The translations under genes were made by a program, and so were the position numbers. A stretch of 64,000 bases of DNA. Origin: Leucoraja erinacea. Taxonomy: Eukaryota. The DNA is taken from contig NC_073404.1 of NCBI RefSeq assembly GCF_028641065.1, forward strand, positions 20,398,001-20,462,000. Direction: 5' to 3'. Shown piece by piece: positions 12,487 to 26,037 of this stretch. How positions within the stretch are numbered: the first letter of the stretch is position 1; every line of letters starts with the position of its first letter. Below the pieces are notes generated by a model. That model searched no databases, was not told the origin of the DNA, and worked only from the letters and a program-made list of their open reading frames with translations.

Positions 12487-14823
12487 CTAAGCATAAGGAA
12501 ACGGATTAACAAATGAAAGAAACATAGTGTTATTTAGACTCTGCGAGCCTGCATGCATCTGTATGCTGATGACTGATCCCGCACCTCTTCTTCAATCGAT
12601 CCCATTAGCCCAGGGCCACATGACATGCCACAAAAGGTGGCCATGAATGACAATGTTATTATTATGGCACATGTGACATGTCACAGTGTGATTCTTTGTT
12701 TTGCATACTCAAGGTATAAAAAGTGTCCCCTTTACCTTAAGGGCACCGACAAAGTGGCAAGCACTTCCTAACATGTACAAACTTCCAGCATTATGAACTT
12801 TCAAGCAGGAAACGTAAGTTTCTTTATTTCAGCATTTTGCTCTTTTAAATTCTAAAAATGCAATATGGTCTATGTAATATATTGTACATATCAGACCAAA
12901 TAGTTTAAACATTTCATGTGGATATGCAGGGAACGAAGGGCTATGGATCACGTGCAGGTTGAGGAGATTAGTTTAAATTGATATCATGTTTGGCATGGGC
13001 ATAGGAGGCTGAAGGGCCTGTTCGTGTGCTGTATTGTTTTATGCTCTATCTATAGCTAGGCACAATATACGATCAGTCTTTTTGATAAAAATAAAAAATG
13101 CACTTTAGCCTACCCATTTACTTCCTTGCCATCCCCAGGCTTCCCCAGTAAATCTCCCCAGGACTAGTTCGGCCATTGTTTTAAAACACAGGCTGTATGT
13201 TTTTGACAAGAACGCTCCTAAACTTTATTTAACCAATTATAACTGCATACAATCCCATCTTTGTGCCTGCATTTAAATCATTTGAAACCTTGTGCTTCAA
13301 ACCATCTTCTACTGGGGTCACATAGATTCAGATTACTGCTCAATAACATCTTTTTGATTGTATGGTTATACTATTTCTCAGACACGAAGTCCACTCATCC
13401 TATATATATAGCAATGTTACAAAATTTTGAGATTTACAAAATCAAGTCTGCAATTTATCCCATCACATAAAGTATAATAATAAGTTTAATTTGACACCTA
13501 ATTTTTTTTCATATCTCAAAAGTATTAAAAAACTTTTATGACCATTTTCATACTCGGAAAAATTAGCATCATATTTCCTAGCCTGTTCCCCTATTGATTT
13601 TCAATGGGCATTACAAAAAAGCTGTGATCTTAGATAGTCAAAAGCACAGTTTCTTAAGGAGTCAAGACCTTTAGCACAGTCTTTTAACTAGCCAGACAAC
13701 TGCTGTCCAAAGGATTAGTCCAATCTAAGTATTAACAAATAACATGATTTTTATATCTGCGAATTTATGCATCTGTAATTTATATGCACATCTTTCAATC
13801 GACATTAGCCCCAAATGACATGCCAAAAAAGGTGGTGAATTGAAAATGTTATTTTATCACAGTGACATGTCACAGTGAGATTCTTTGTTTTTACCCAAGG
13901 TATGACAGTGTCGCCTACATTAAAGAGCACCGACAAATGGCAAGCAAAAATACTGTAGAAACACCAGTTAAAAAGCCCAAAACGTAATCATTATTTCAGC
14001 ATTCGTTATAGATAATTAAAATGAAATATGGTTGTTATATACATGTACATATCAGACCAAATTTAAAATTTCATGTGGAAAATAAGGGTATGGATACCTT
14101 GAGGAGATTAGTTTTGCTTTATAAATGTTTGGCATGGGCATGCTGAAAGCTGTGCGAACTGTAACGACAGCTTTTAAATTTATTATATCTACTATTCGAG
14201 GCCTATAAAACTAATAATAGCTTTTGGGACCGGGTCTTGCAGCGATTCTCCGTTAATGATTTACTAGGCTGAACATCTGCGATTGGAACAGCCTAGTAAA
14301 ACATCAGTCCCATCTTTGTGTTGAGAAATCATTGCTAGAAACCATTGCTGTAAACCATCTTCACTGGGGTCCCATAGATTGATTACTGCTCCGATTGATT
14401 ACTTCTTATATTATTCTCAGATACGAAGTCCACTCATCCTATGTATGTCTTCATATCCTACTCCTAACTTTCAACACTCCATTATTTGTAAACCTTACCA
14501 TTCTTACATTTGCTTCCTGTTTCCATGCAAACTGTTTGTCCAGCCTCCAAGTAGATGCTATACTTAACACTAATTGGAGACTGTTCCATGCTTTGATATG
14601 AATTCTCAATTCAAACGATATATGTTATTATACATTTTTAAAATGTAACCTCGTATTGGTTTATTTTAATCTTGGAGAGAAGTCAAACATTTCCAAACAA
14701 CTGAAACACCCCAGCAACCCACTTCTAAACAATCAGCCCTAGTTCAGTGGTGGAACTCAGCCAAAAGATCTCTATTTTTTTCCATTCCAAGATATATGGC
14801 CAAGTTCAGTGCATTGCTTAAGG

Positions 14824-15665
14824 CAGAGCTGCCAAGTTTTGTCAGAGCATTTCAGTATTCTAGTACCTGAAAATCAGTATTTTGCTGAGGAAATCAGTAT
14901 TTTTACGTGGTGCCATTTTGCAGAAAAAAAGTTTTTTATGCGCGGTCATACCCATATAAGAGTACAAGAATGCAAAACTTTGCTACCAATTGACATGTCT
15001 TCTACACACCTTACTTGACAGTGCATTCAGTGCCATCTCTTTGTATACTGCTGTTTGAACGGCTGCTTCCTGCTTTTAGCACCAGATGATGATGATGATG
15101 ATGTAGAAGCCATTTTGGAAGCCGCCTTCTCCCTCCCTCGCACTGTCTCCCTCCCTCCTCTCTTTCCTTCCCTCTTTCCCTCCCTCCCTCTCTCCCTCTT
15201 TCCCTCCCACCCTGCCTCTCTCTTCCTCGCTCTCTCCTTCCTTTTTTTCTCCCTCCCTCATTTCCTCCCTCCCTCCCCTCCCTCCCTCCTTCTCCCTCTC
15301 CCCCTCCCCTAACAGTCACAGCACTGGCAGCACTATTTTTAGAACCCATAGTGCTGTTCATTTAAATTCCCACGCGTTAAACTGACAGTGCTGTTTAAAC
15401 CTGGAGCGGGACTGGCAGATCAAAGCTTATAAAAATAATCATCCAGATCTTGAAATTTAAAATACTAATAGATTTCGTCTGCTATAGTTTTTAGAGTTAC
15501 TGTATGATTTTTTATATCCTTGCATTTTTTAAGCAGCAAGATGAAACATGAAGTTGGGCTGATTTTACAAAGTAAATTCGTACTTTACAAAGCAAATCCG
15601 TACATCCGTATTCTGATCACATTTCCGTACAAAATATGGAAAATCCGTACTACTTGGCAGCTCTT
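14824..15665. mobile_element. hAT-like non-autonomous element containing (GAT)n and a CT-rich low-complexity tract
   Basis: TIRs AGAGCTGCCAAGT / ACTTGGCAGCTCT; TTAAGG on both flanks; subterminal CAGTA/CCGTA repeats. Confidence 0.65.
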
Positions 15666-16470
15666 TTAAGGGCTTCCTGTATTATTACAAGGTGCCAGTT
15701 CTCAGTTAAGGTGTTCTGACCAGCAAATATAGATTACTTTGGTATTTATCTCACTCCTTAATGGACAATGTCAGGGTAAATCTGTTAATATAAACAGACC
15801 AAGCAAGACAACAGAGAAATAAATCAAGATGGCGCACTGGTAAAATCAAAGTGTCAGAATTCTGCAAAGGGAAACAATGTGTCAGAATAACAATTCTGAA
15901 GAAAAGTTAAGAAAGGATAATGCAAGATTTTAAGAGTATGATGGAAATTTAAAAGGCTAATGCAGGCAGCAAAAAAAGAGCTTGAAATAAAGTTTGTAAG
16001 AAGGAACAGCAGATGCTGGTTTAAACCGAAGATAGACACAAAAAGCTGGAGTGACTCAGTGGAACAGGCAGCATCTCTGGTGGGAAGGAATGGGTGACGT
16101 TTCCGGTCGAGACCCTTCTTCAGAACACTAGATTGCCAGCTTCTGAACTGCTCTCTAATTTCTGCACTAGAATCAAGGAGGCATGTAAAGGCTATCCTTT
16201 ACGTCTGTTGGTGCACAGGCAGGAGAAGGGTAGTTGACAAGAATCTCCCTTTACTCATGCTAATGGATCAACATGAAATTGGTGACCCGTGACAATTTCC
16301 ACTCATGCTGCCGCTCAAGAACCATTGTTTTAACAAATGCTACCCGAGATGAAGAAAGGGAGTGAGTTAAAATAAAGGATAAACAGCAAGGTACAGTAAG
16401 ACGTGTATATAATTGAGTCAAAATTAGAAATATATACATTAACACATTCACAATCAACAATCATACTTAC

Positions 16471-16533
16471 TGTTTGGAAGTTCAAGGAGAAAATGTACAT
16501 ACAGGTTGTCATACTCAAACCCATGAGCCGACA
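16471..16533 (-). CDS. MKS1: MKS1 exon 11 (VSAHGFEYDNLYVHFLLELPN)
   Basis: EYDNLYVHF motif; tttcag| and |gtaagt. Confidence 0.95.
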
Positions 16534-16859
16534 CTGAAAAATTAACAAGTAAAATCATGTCAAACTCATTAGGCAAATCTCTGGAAACAGACAAACTAGA
16601 TTATAGACTCTATTCAAATAGACCGAGCACATGCAGGGCAAAGTTAATCAGTACATAGAACAGTACAGCACACACTGTATGTGTCAAACATGATGACATG
16701 CCGAAGCTTATCTGCCCGTACACAAGCTATATCCCTCCATTCCCTGCACATCTACGTGCCTATCAAAAGGTTTCTTAAATGCTGCTATCGCAATTGCCTC
16801 CACCAACAGTGTGTACAGGGCACAAACCACCCTCTGTCTGAAAATACTTGGATCCAGGA

Positions 16860-17975
16860 ATGCAGGTAGACATTTCCTTGAAAGCAGGCAGATAATGTGG
16901 TCATGGCGGCTTTCAGCACCTTGGCCTTCATGAGTCAGGGTATACAAGGTGATGGCAAGGCCACATTTGGAGTTTTGTGTTCCGTTTTGGTCACCCTGCT
17001 ATAGCAAAGATGTTGTTATGCTGGAGAGTGCAGAGAAGATTTACCAAGATGTTGACAGGACTCGTGAACCTGAGCAATAAGGAGAGACTGAGCAGGCTGG
17101 GACTATTCCTAGGAGCACAGGAGGATGAGGAGGGATCTTATAGAGGTATGTAAGTTCATGAGAGGAATAGTTAGGGTAAATGTACAGAGTCTTTTGCCCT
17201 GGGTAGGGGAATCAAGAACCAGACATAGGTTTAAGGTGAGTGGGGGAAGATTTTATGGGAATTAGATTAGATAGCCTTTATTGTCATTCAGACCGAAGTC
17301 TGAACGAAATTGCAGCAGTCATACATATAATACAATAAAAACAACAATAAACACATATTAACATCCACCACAGTGAGTCCACCCAGCATCTCCTCACTGT
17401 GATGGAGGCAAAAGTCTTAGGTCTGCAGTCTCTTCCCTCCTCTTCTCCCTCTGTGCTGAGGCGATACCCCCCGACGATGTTATAAATCAGTCCCGCGGCT
17501 CAAACACCGCGGCCCGGGGTGGTTGAAGCTGCCGCCCACCAGTCCTGCAGACGCAGCCGCTGGCCCACGGCCGAACCCCGACTCAGGCCACCACCGCCAG
17601 AACGCCGTCCCAGCCACCCTCATGTGAGTACCGCACCGTCTTCAGCCTCGGGCTGGGCCGCCCCGACATGGGCGCCGAACCTCCCCTGGCCTGGGCCGCC
17701 CCGACATGGGCGTCGCTTCTTCCCCGGTGAGGAATGTGAGGAGCAACTCTTTCATACAGAGTGTGATGGGTACATGGAATGAGCTGCCAGAGGAGATAGT
17801 TGAGACAGAAACTATATTGGCATTTAAAAGATATTTGGACATGTACATTAATAGGAAAGGTTTGGAGGGATATGGGCTAAGCACGGGCAGGTTGCATGAG
17901 TGTATATGGGACATGACATGTTGGTCAGCATATGCAAGCTGGGCTAAGGACCTTTTTCTGTGCTGTATAACTCTA
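16860..17975 (+). mobile_element. Decayed CR1 3' fragment interrupted by a younger reverse-oriented retro-insertion (~17263-17730)
   Basis: RMRRDLIEV- and WNELPEEIVE-like remnants on either side; the insert has a (TAGAT)n tail and shares a core with the 22328/29524/46236 family. Confidence 0.7.
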
Positions 17976-19270
17976 TAATTACCTGGTAATAGGAGAAGTG
18001 CAATCAGTGACTACGCTTCAAACGTCGTAGTCAGACTTCAGCATATCCATCTCAAATGGAATAGCACGATTAATTGTAAAATAAGTATAGAGTTGCACTT
18101 AGCCCATAGCAAAGTGTAGGTAGACCAGTTCTGGGTGGTTATCTGGTATGTAGAAATGTACACAAGAACTCTTTAAGAAATGCATTAATTATAGGGATTA
18201 TAAAGGTAGGATGGATATCCTGGCTTGTAATTATCCCTCCTCTCCTCAGGACAGGAGGCAGGGTCTTACTAGGTGAAGAAGTGCATTCTACAACAATTTA
18301 TGATTTGAGGAATTTTCTAAATAATCAAACGTTAATTCAGAAAAAAGTGAAACCTGAAAAAGTGAAGTTAGAAACCAGTTGGGTTTTTTTTAATGCTGAA
18401 GGTCTAGTTTGTATTCAGAAGTAGACTATCTCAATTATTTGGGTTCAAAGAGATAGGGGTTCAGCTTTCTCCACATGCAAGAGCAGTAATAGCTCAAGGT
18501 TCAGGGGTTTCTCCTTTCCCCAAGACCAGGTGGCTGATGGAGCACATTGCTGTGTTGTGCAGCATGTTACAGATTCTCTCAGATATCAAAAATAATATTC
18601 CAACTCCACACCAGGAGGAGGCCACAGCAAAATGAGAAGAATAATGTCACCAAAATAACAGTCAAACTATTCTTTTCAACTGCAAGGTATTTTCAGATAT
18701 GCTTTTCTCTAATTTGATACATTATAAACAAACTGCAGAGGAGGTAGTTGAGGCAGGACGTACAGTATAACAACATTTAAAAGAAATTTCAACAGATACA
18801 TGGATAGGAAAGGTTTAGTTCGATAAAGGTTTAGTTCGATGTGGGCCAATCGTGGGCAGGTGGGACTAGTATAGATGAGACATCTTGATCGGCATGGGAA
18901 AGTTGGGCAGAAGGGCTCGTATGTGTGCTGTATGTCGTAATTATTCTGTCTTTTTCAATAGATCATGCTGCTGCTGACATGGGGGGGGGGGGGGGGGGGG
19001 GGGGGGGGAGAAGAGTATGGTGGGCAGGGGAGTGTACCTTAAAATTAGCAAATTTCTGTCGGTCTCGTCCAATGCAGAATTGGTGGCATACGAAAACCTC
19101 ATGAACATTAAATTCTCCAATCTCAGATAATACTTATTTTTTATTAAATTAACTGATACATCTAACCAGAATCATCTTTGATCTTTTTCCTGTGAGAGTG
19201 AACATTTCAAGAATTAAACTATTGCTAGCGAGAACAAATAGGAAACAAATCTGATACAGATCTGACTTAC

Positions 19271-19313
19271 CTACTTCACCATTCACAAAAAGCTGAAGAA
19301 AACCCAGAGGAGG
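19271..19313 (-). CDS. MKS1: MKS1 exon 10 (PPLGFLQLFVNGEV)
   Basis: 43 nt; LFVNGEV starts the B9 domain; tttgcag| and |gtaagt. Confidence 0.94.
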
Positions 19314-22300
19314 CTGCAAAATAAGGATGAAATGCTTTTAGAAAATGTTCCTTGCAATATAAATACATTTATCACATGTCACCCAACATCAACGGTTATT
19401 AACTATTGGCGATTTGATCAAAAACATACAATGTGTGGTGACAGCGATCTCCACATTGACCATCGAGGGCAGATGATGGGAAGGTGCTTCCTATATTCAG
19501 ATAGTTCTTCATAAGAATAGAGGTAGAGTTTAGCGCAAGTCCCCAAACTGGCAACTTGTAATGAAAATTGAGGAGTGGTCTGTCTGTTTAAAATGCTCGA
19601 GATTCACAAGTTACAAAAATATTATTCATTCAATAGTGAAATCGCTTCTCACAATGGGTAATACAATCTGTACCTGAAACCCAGGGACAATTGGACCTTT
19701 TACAAATGAGTTACGTATGTGTTGGTTACGAATGTAAAACATATGGATTGTTGACAAATTGGTGAAAGTATTACACAAATCAACCACAGCTAAATAATGG
19801 TGAAGAAGATTCAAGAGGGTACTCATATCCAATTAGGACCAACAACAATAATGTACTTTGTTCTTTGGAGGTAACTGTGTTGTACCGGAACACCTCAAAG
19901 AATTTGAACAATTGTGCACTGTTTTGGAACAATTTTCCGTGAGATTAGAGAAGATAAAATTGGTTGAAAAATCCAATTATGAGCATGAAAAAGGTTCAAT
20001 AATAACTGTTATTTTATTTATTTCTGCAATACATTCCAAAATCCTCTCGCAAACCTTATTTCTCCCATCGCAGTTCCACTATGTACTGATGAGAGCCAAG
20101 ATGCATCCTACTGAAGGCCACTCCCAGATGGGGCATAGAAAAAACACTTCTCTTTCAGTGAGGAAATGCCCAGTGCCTGTTCTCAAGTGAGAGTGGAATC
20201 TTTTTTGTTTGAGGCACAGAGCACAGAAATGGTTGTTCACCACATGGTGGCTCTGCAGGCAGCATTTTCATTCCGCACATACCACCTTTAACCAGCATTA
20301 AAACAAAAACCTAGTCTGGTCAGTGCATAGCACATCATCACGCGCGCAGGTGAACAAAACAAAAGTGTCCATTGTGTAGAGCCTGTGTTGGGTAGTATAT
20401 TCTGCTCCTTGTTACCAAGTTACATAGTTTCTGTGTGGTCAGTAGTATCCAAGGCAATGATATGGAAACACATCTAATTTGGCCTTGCAATGGTATGATA
20501 TACTTTGTTACAGGAAATGCCACAAAATAAAAGCCTAAGGAACACTAATTTGACATTTATACTTTGTTCAATAAGAGTGTTTCCTCAAAACATTGACAAA
20601 ATTGAAGCCCGTGAAATGGTGACGGGCAAGAAGGTAGGCAGCAGCGGGGCACAGATAAGTGACTAGTACTTCAATCATGTTCTTTATAAATGTCCTTTAT
20701 GGGATGGTTTTGCGACCAGTGTTGTATTTTGTATTTGTGATTATGTATAAGACATTTATATGTTACCAGCTGATACAAAAATTAAGACAACCACAAAAAT
20801 TAAAAACTGCATGTTCAAAGGGTTGCAACAACAGAGACATAGAAAATAGGTACTGGAGTAGGCCATTCGGCCCTTCGAGCCAGCACCTCCATTCAATATG
20901 ATCATGGCTGATCATCCAGAATCAGTACCTGTTCCTGCTTTCAACTTCATATACATCTTTCTTTATATGTGGCAGAACAAGTTGAGGAGACCTTTAAAAA
21001 GTATTCAAGATGCTTTGCTTTGCATAGGGACTTACAAAAGCAAGGAAGTCACATCAAGATCAATGGATAAAATGAATTGATGTGAAGAAAGTAGAAAAAA
21101 TGACAACACTCCTGTTAAGAGCTGAAAAGGACAAGGGAGATTTGATGAAAAGGTATTTAAAAAGAAGTTTGATGTAAAAGGAATAACTTTTCGGGAGATA
21201 TATAACATTTAAACTACATCTGGGCAGGTACATGTATAGGAAAGGTTTAGAGAGATATGGCCCAAACACAGGCAGGTGGGACGAGTGTAGATGGGGCATC
21301 TTGATCAGAATGGGCGTCGGGTTGAAGGGCCTGTTTGTATGCCGTATGATTCTATGTGTGGTACTCGAGGACGCAAGCATTGAAAAGGTAGCAGGTTGAA
21401 AAAAAATCCAATTATGGACATGAAGCAGATTTAATAATAACTGTTAAGTGAGAATTGGAGAAGTATTTGAAAGGAGGAAATTTGAAGAAAATAGGGAGAG
21501 CAGGGGGGTGGTTCTGATTGGATAATCCCCCAGAGAGTCAATGGCATCTTTCTGAACATCATTAATAATTTATCTTGAAGTAGATTAAATGGAATTTTTA
21601 TGTTTTTAGATGACTGGTGTACTAAATAAATTATTTCAGAAAGTAAAGGGTATTTCAAACTCCAGGTTAAACATTTGTTACCGCAGGCAGGGGTACTCTT
21701 CGTTTCCATCTGCCATGATTTAATTATTATGCCACAGCTGCTCAGTTCTCCTGGATCCATTGGGGAAATCAATGACCATTGTGAAACTGATTAATTGACA
21801 CCAGGAAGTCCCATATACATAGACATTAGGATGTGCTAATTTGGCCAATCTTAACTGGAGCAGCAGTTATAAAGTCAACTTGGGAGACTAAAGGGACACT
21901 AAACTCAAAATGGCTCCAAGCCATGATGCCATGCAGTGACCCCCTTGAAAAATGCTCATTTGAATCGTTTTTTTTAAAACATCTTTTAAATAAAGATCAA
22001 TTGTCACATGAGCTTTTTGATATTCCAGTCTTTTGTTAAAGTGGAACAACACAGGGGTCTTGGGAGAATCAGCTTGGAAGGAGTTGTGCCGATTTGCAAA
22101 TGCCACTCTGAAGGATTAGAAACCTAAATTATGAAGAAAAATGACTTCAAATGTTGAGGGAAACAGCAGCAAAGAACCTGACAATGCTCACAGGAAATGC
22201 GAGTTAACTCCAACATCAAATAATGATACCACAGCCGAGTCCAATGGTCAACTTTATGCTACATGCAAAAAAATGGGCATCCTTTTCAAAACCAATTGGT

Positions 22301-22327
22301 TGGATTAAGGCAAATTGAACATAAAAG

Positions 22328-23034
22328 ACCACCAAAGGCGCCGGGGAGATGGCAGCCCTGCCGGCAGTCTGTTCGTGTTTTACTTCTTTTTGCTATTTTT
22401 AGTTTGCTAAAAGTTTTGTTTTAATGTTCTTTGGTATGTTTTATGTGGGGGGAGGGGTAGGGGACCGGGGGAAACTTTTTAAAAAAGTTTCTTACCTTCC
22501 CGGAGATGTGATCAATTTTCGGATCACATTCTCCGGGCTCTGCGGACTAATATCGATGGAGCTGGAAACCTCCTCGGACTGTCGTGAACTTTAACATCGG
22601 AGCAGATCCCTTGCCTGGGATCGCTCCCACCGTGGACTTACCAACAAGGGCTCGCAGTCTTGGGTGAGGCTAGTCGGGAGCTCCAACGCTAGTCGGAAGG
22701 CTCGACCAGCCCCGACGCGAGGTTCGATCGCTCGGTGCGGGGGTGCTGACATCCCCCCCGATGCGGAGGGCCCGAACGCCGCCGGCTACGTGACTCAAGA
22801 TCATCCCATCAACGGAGGGCTCGAGGCCTCCAACCGAGGAAGAACAAAAGGAAGAGACTTAAACTTTATTTCGCCTTCCATCACAGTGAGGAATGTATAG
22901 GAGTCACTGTGGTGGATGTTCATGTTAAAATGTGTTTTTGAGTGATCTGTTATTTTTAATTGTATGACTGAGCTGGCCAATGAAATTCCTCGTATGTTAC
23001 AAAACATACTTGGCGAATAAAGTGTGATTCTGAT
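22328..23034 (+). mobile_element. ~0.7 kb non-autonomous retroelement, (GATTCT)n tail, copy 1
   Basis: High similarity to 29524-30225 and 46236-46994; ends AATAAAGTGTGATTCTGAT. Confidence 0.8.
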
Positions 23035-23094
23035 GTTTTCATATAACATTGTCCCTTCTCAATGAGATCTGGAAGGGAAAAAATATATACTTAC

Positions 23095-23151
23095 AGTTGC
23101 AAATTCATCTCCAACCAAAGTCGTGAGGTACTCTTTGTGCCTGTTATAGAG
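23095..23151 (-). CDS. MKS1: MKS1 exon 9 (LYNRHKEYLTTLVGDEFAT)
   Basis: 57 nt; LYxRHKEYL motif; aag| and |gtaagt. Confidence 0.94.
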
Positions 23152-24262
23152 CTTTCATGAAAAAGATAATGAAATATATTATCAAGAGTTGTACAGATTG
23201 AAATAAAAGGCAATGCCTACATAACATAGGTATGTTCTCATTGTGTGACCAATACAACATGAATTAGAGAACTGTACATAAACAAGGCATTAAATCAGGG
23301 TTACATCTATTGTGTTGACACAAGAAGCTACAGATGCTGTAATCTTGCATGGAGTACAAAGTGCTGGAGTAACTCAGAACCTGTCTCACTGTCAAGGGAT
23401 ATGACTTGCTGTTTAAGTTGTGCAGCAGTACAATAGTTCAACCTAGCTGGTGATTATTACTACAACATTGACAGATTCTTGATTAGTAAGGATGTCAGGG
23501 GTTATGAGAAGAAGGTAGGAGAATGGGATTCAGAGGGAAAGTTAGATCTGCCATGATTAAATGCGGAGTGGACCTGATGGGCTAAATGGTGTAATTCTGT
23601 TCCTAGAACATATGAACTTTTTAACATTATCATATATCTAATGTATTCTGGTGATATATTTTTTTGTATTCACGAGGGATTAAAGGAAGATGAATCACTG
23701 GATCATTTAAATAATTTTACTTGACATTGCAATTTGTCACCTTTCAGAGATGCCCCAAAATATATTGTCCTACCCCACCTACCTTCCAACTTTCTCCCCC
23801 TTATTATAACCAATCTAAAGAAGGGCTACGACCCGAAACGTCACCTACCCATGTCCTCCAGAGATACCACCTTACCCACTGAGTAACTCCAGCACTATGT
23901 ATTTTACTCAAGTTCAGCAGCTTCAGTTCCTTGGGTCTCTCAACTTGATATTTAACAGTTAACAGTGCATGTGTTGTTAAAGTGATTTTCTGGGTCAAGG
24001 CTGTACCTGACTTTTTGTTACTAAGCAACTGCCATTGCTTTAAGTTAGGCACACAAATGAAGTGTGGTCGCTGGAGTAACGCAAATAGGTATAGCCAAGG
24101 CTTTGGTTCACAATAATGCTTTCCAGCTAACCTGTTCAGCTGATCTTTTGTACTGACTAGGAACTCCCTCAACACTATCCCAGCATCCCAATCCAAAACC
24201 ACTTGTCTGGGAGATGTTTGAAGAAAACACAATCAACAGTAATAAAATTAAAATGTTCTTAC

Positions 24263-24371
24263 ATCTTTAAAGAGATTTTTCTCCCTGCTCTGTTCTTCTG
24301 GCTTGACATCAAAAGATATATTTTGAACAGTGTATAACCATAAATCCCGTTTCTCTCCCTCGGTCTCAATC
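24263..24371 (-). CDS. MKS1: MKS1 exon 8 (IETEGEKRDLWLYTVQN...NLFKD)
   Basis: 109 nt; IETEGEK as in human; tag| and |gtaag. Confidence 0.95.
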
Positions 24372-25315
24372 CTACTCACAGCAAGGAGGTAGAAGAGCAA
24401 AATAAGCCAATGAAGTGTTATAGTTCATGGCAGTACAAAGCACATCCTCAGTATAACTGAGTAAGTTCATCAAAAGGGCTTTACAAATAATGCAGCCTAT
24501 GTGATGAACCTTGGGGGGAAAGGGAGAAAGGGAACAAAGAGAGAGAGACAGGAAGAGAGAAAGAGAGAGAAGAAAGATGGAGACAGAGAAGGAGAGCGAG
24601 CATGGGCAGAGAGCAAAATAAAGAAGAGGAAAGCAAGAACGTGATATAAAAACATGAAATGGATAGCATAGTAATTAGTATCTAAAAGATAAATGGTGCT
24701 GCTATGTTCAAGTCTCATTGGTGTGCACCCTATATAAACTTTGATTCCTGCCAATGTAGAGTATATCCTGGCTCTCTTGCAGTTGATAGGCTAATTTAGG
24801 ATTTAGCAATCAATGAAGACAAATGTACTATGGAGTGTAAAAAGCGATCTATCTTATTGTTGCGTATAGGGCGTGCACAGCCTAAAGTTGAAGGACAATG
24901 TGTTCTATTTGATCTTATTTGATTGTGCATTCGTCGAAACAGGAAGGACCACGTGAAGGTTGCAATCTTCCACCCCAAAGCAATCTATTACAGAGGAATA
25001 ACCAGATAAATGTAAAGATCATTGAATTTGACAAGGTTCTGCATGGTAGGCTGCTCTGCAGGGTTAGCGATTGGATAGAAAACTTTAATATTCCAGATTT
25101 AAAACTATTATAAATAGACAGGATTCAACTAGATAGATACAAAGAAGGTTGTATTTCCTGTGGTAGAGAAATACAGAACAAAAATGGCCTGGACCTAGAG
25201 ATTGTCTACAGATTGTGTTGAAAATACATCACAGTGATGGTTGTAAACCAAATAGTAAGAAAAATCAACATTGATGATCGGAGATATAACACATTGATCT
25301 GAATCTGTTACTTGC

Positions 25316-25420
25316 CTATAGACTGCTTTACAACCATTGAAGTCTGGTTTAACAGAGAGAACTCCATTGCTGTCCATCTTAATGGTACACAATATATACT
25401 CATCCCCACGGTGACCAAGC
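25316..25420 (-). CDS. MKS1: MKS1 exon 7 (LGHRGDEYILCTIKMDSNGVLSVKPDFNGCKAVYR)
   Basis: 105 nt; follows a 72-nt intron; ends at a non-canonical AG|gcaagt donor. Confidence 0.93.
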
Positions 25421-25492
25421 CTGAACATAAAGAACATAATTAACCATTGAAATAGCAATTTTATCAACAGAGCTCTGAGTGGACACACTTAC

Positions 25493-25621
25493 TTTCCATA
25501 GGGCCCCAGATCTCCCATGATGTACATGGTTTGCACTGGTGTATTCAGGACATGGTTGCTCCTCACAAATTCTTCAGTCGGCTCCCAGGTGATGAGGCGT
25601 GATCTTGGAATCTTCCCTTCC
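25493..25621 (-). CDS. MKS1: MKS1 exon 6 ([42 protein letters not shown])
   Basis: 129 nt; TWEPxEEFV motif; tag| and |gtaagt. Confidence 0.95.
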
Positions 25622-25734
25622 CTACAAATTTAATATGAAGAAGGATTTGGATCCTATGCGAGTTCAATTCCTGGCCTACACTGACGTACATGATCTCAAT
25701 GGTGGAAACAAGAGAAGGGTTATGTTAGGATTTA

Positions 25735-26037
25735 GACTTTAGAATTAACAGCGCGGATACAGGCTGTTCAGCCCACCGAGTCTGCGCTGACCAGTGATCA
25801 CCCCGTACACTAGCACTATCCTGAACACTATGGACAATGCACAATGTTTACTGAAGCCAATCCACCTTCAAAACTGTACATCTTTAGAGTGTGGGAGGAA
25901 ACCGAAGCACATGGAGAAAACCCACGTGGTCACAGGAAGAACATACAAACTCCGTACATCCAACTCCCATAGTCAGGATCGAACCTGGGCCTCTGGTGCT
26001 GTTAGTCAGCTACTCCACCGCTATCCCCTGTGCCGAC
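25735..26037 (-). mobile_element. V-SINE (HE1-like), reverse orientation
   Basis: GTGGGAGGAAACCGAAGCAC; reverse B box GGATCGAACC. Confidence 0.75.

Noticed and set aside
13665-13730. Apparent duplicate (mutually exclusive) MKS1 exon 12
   Set aside because: Multiple indels, no donor site, and it lies in a mosaic region that looks artefactual
18981-19008. Long poly-G runs (also ~9530, ~41521 and poly-C ~58740)
   Set aside because: Simple homopolymers, often within repeats and of uncertain assembled length; no evidence of function
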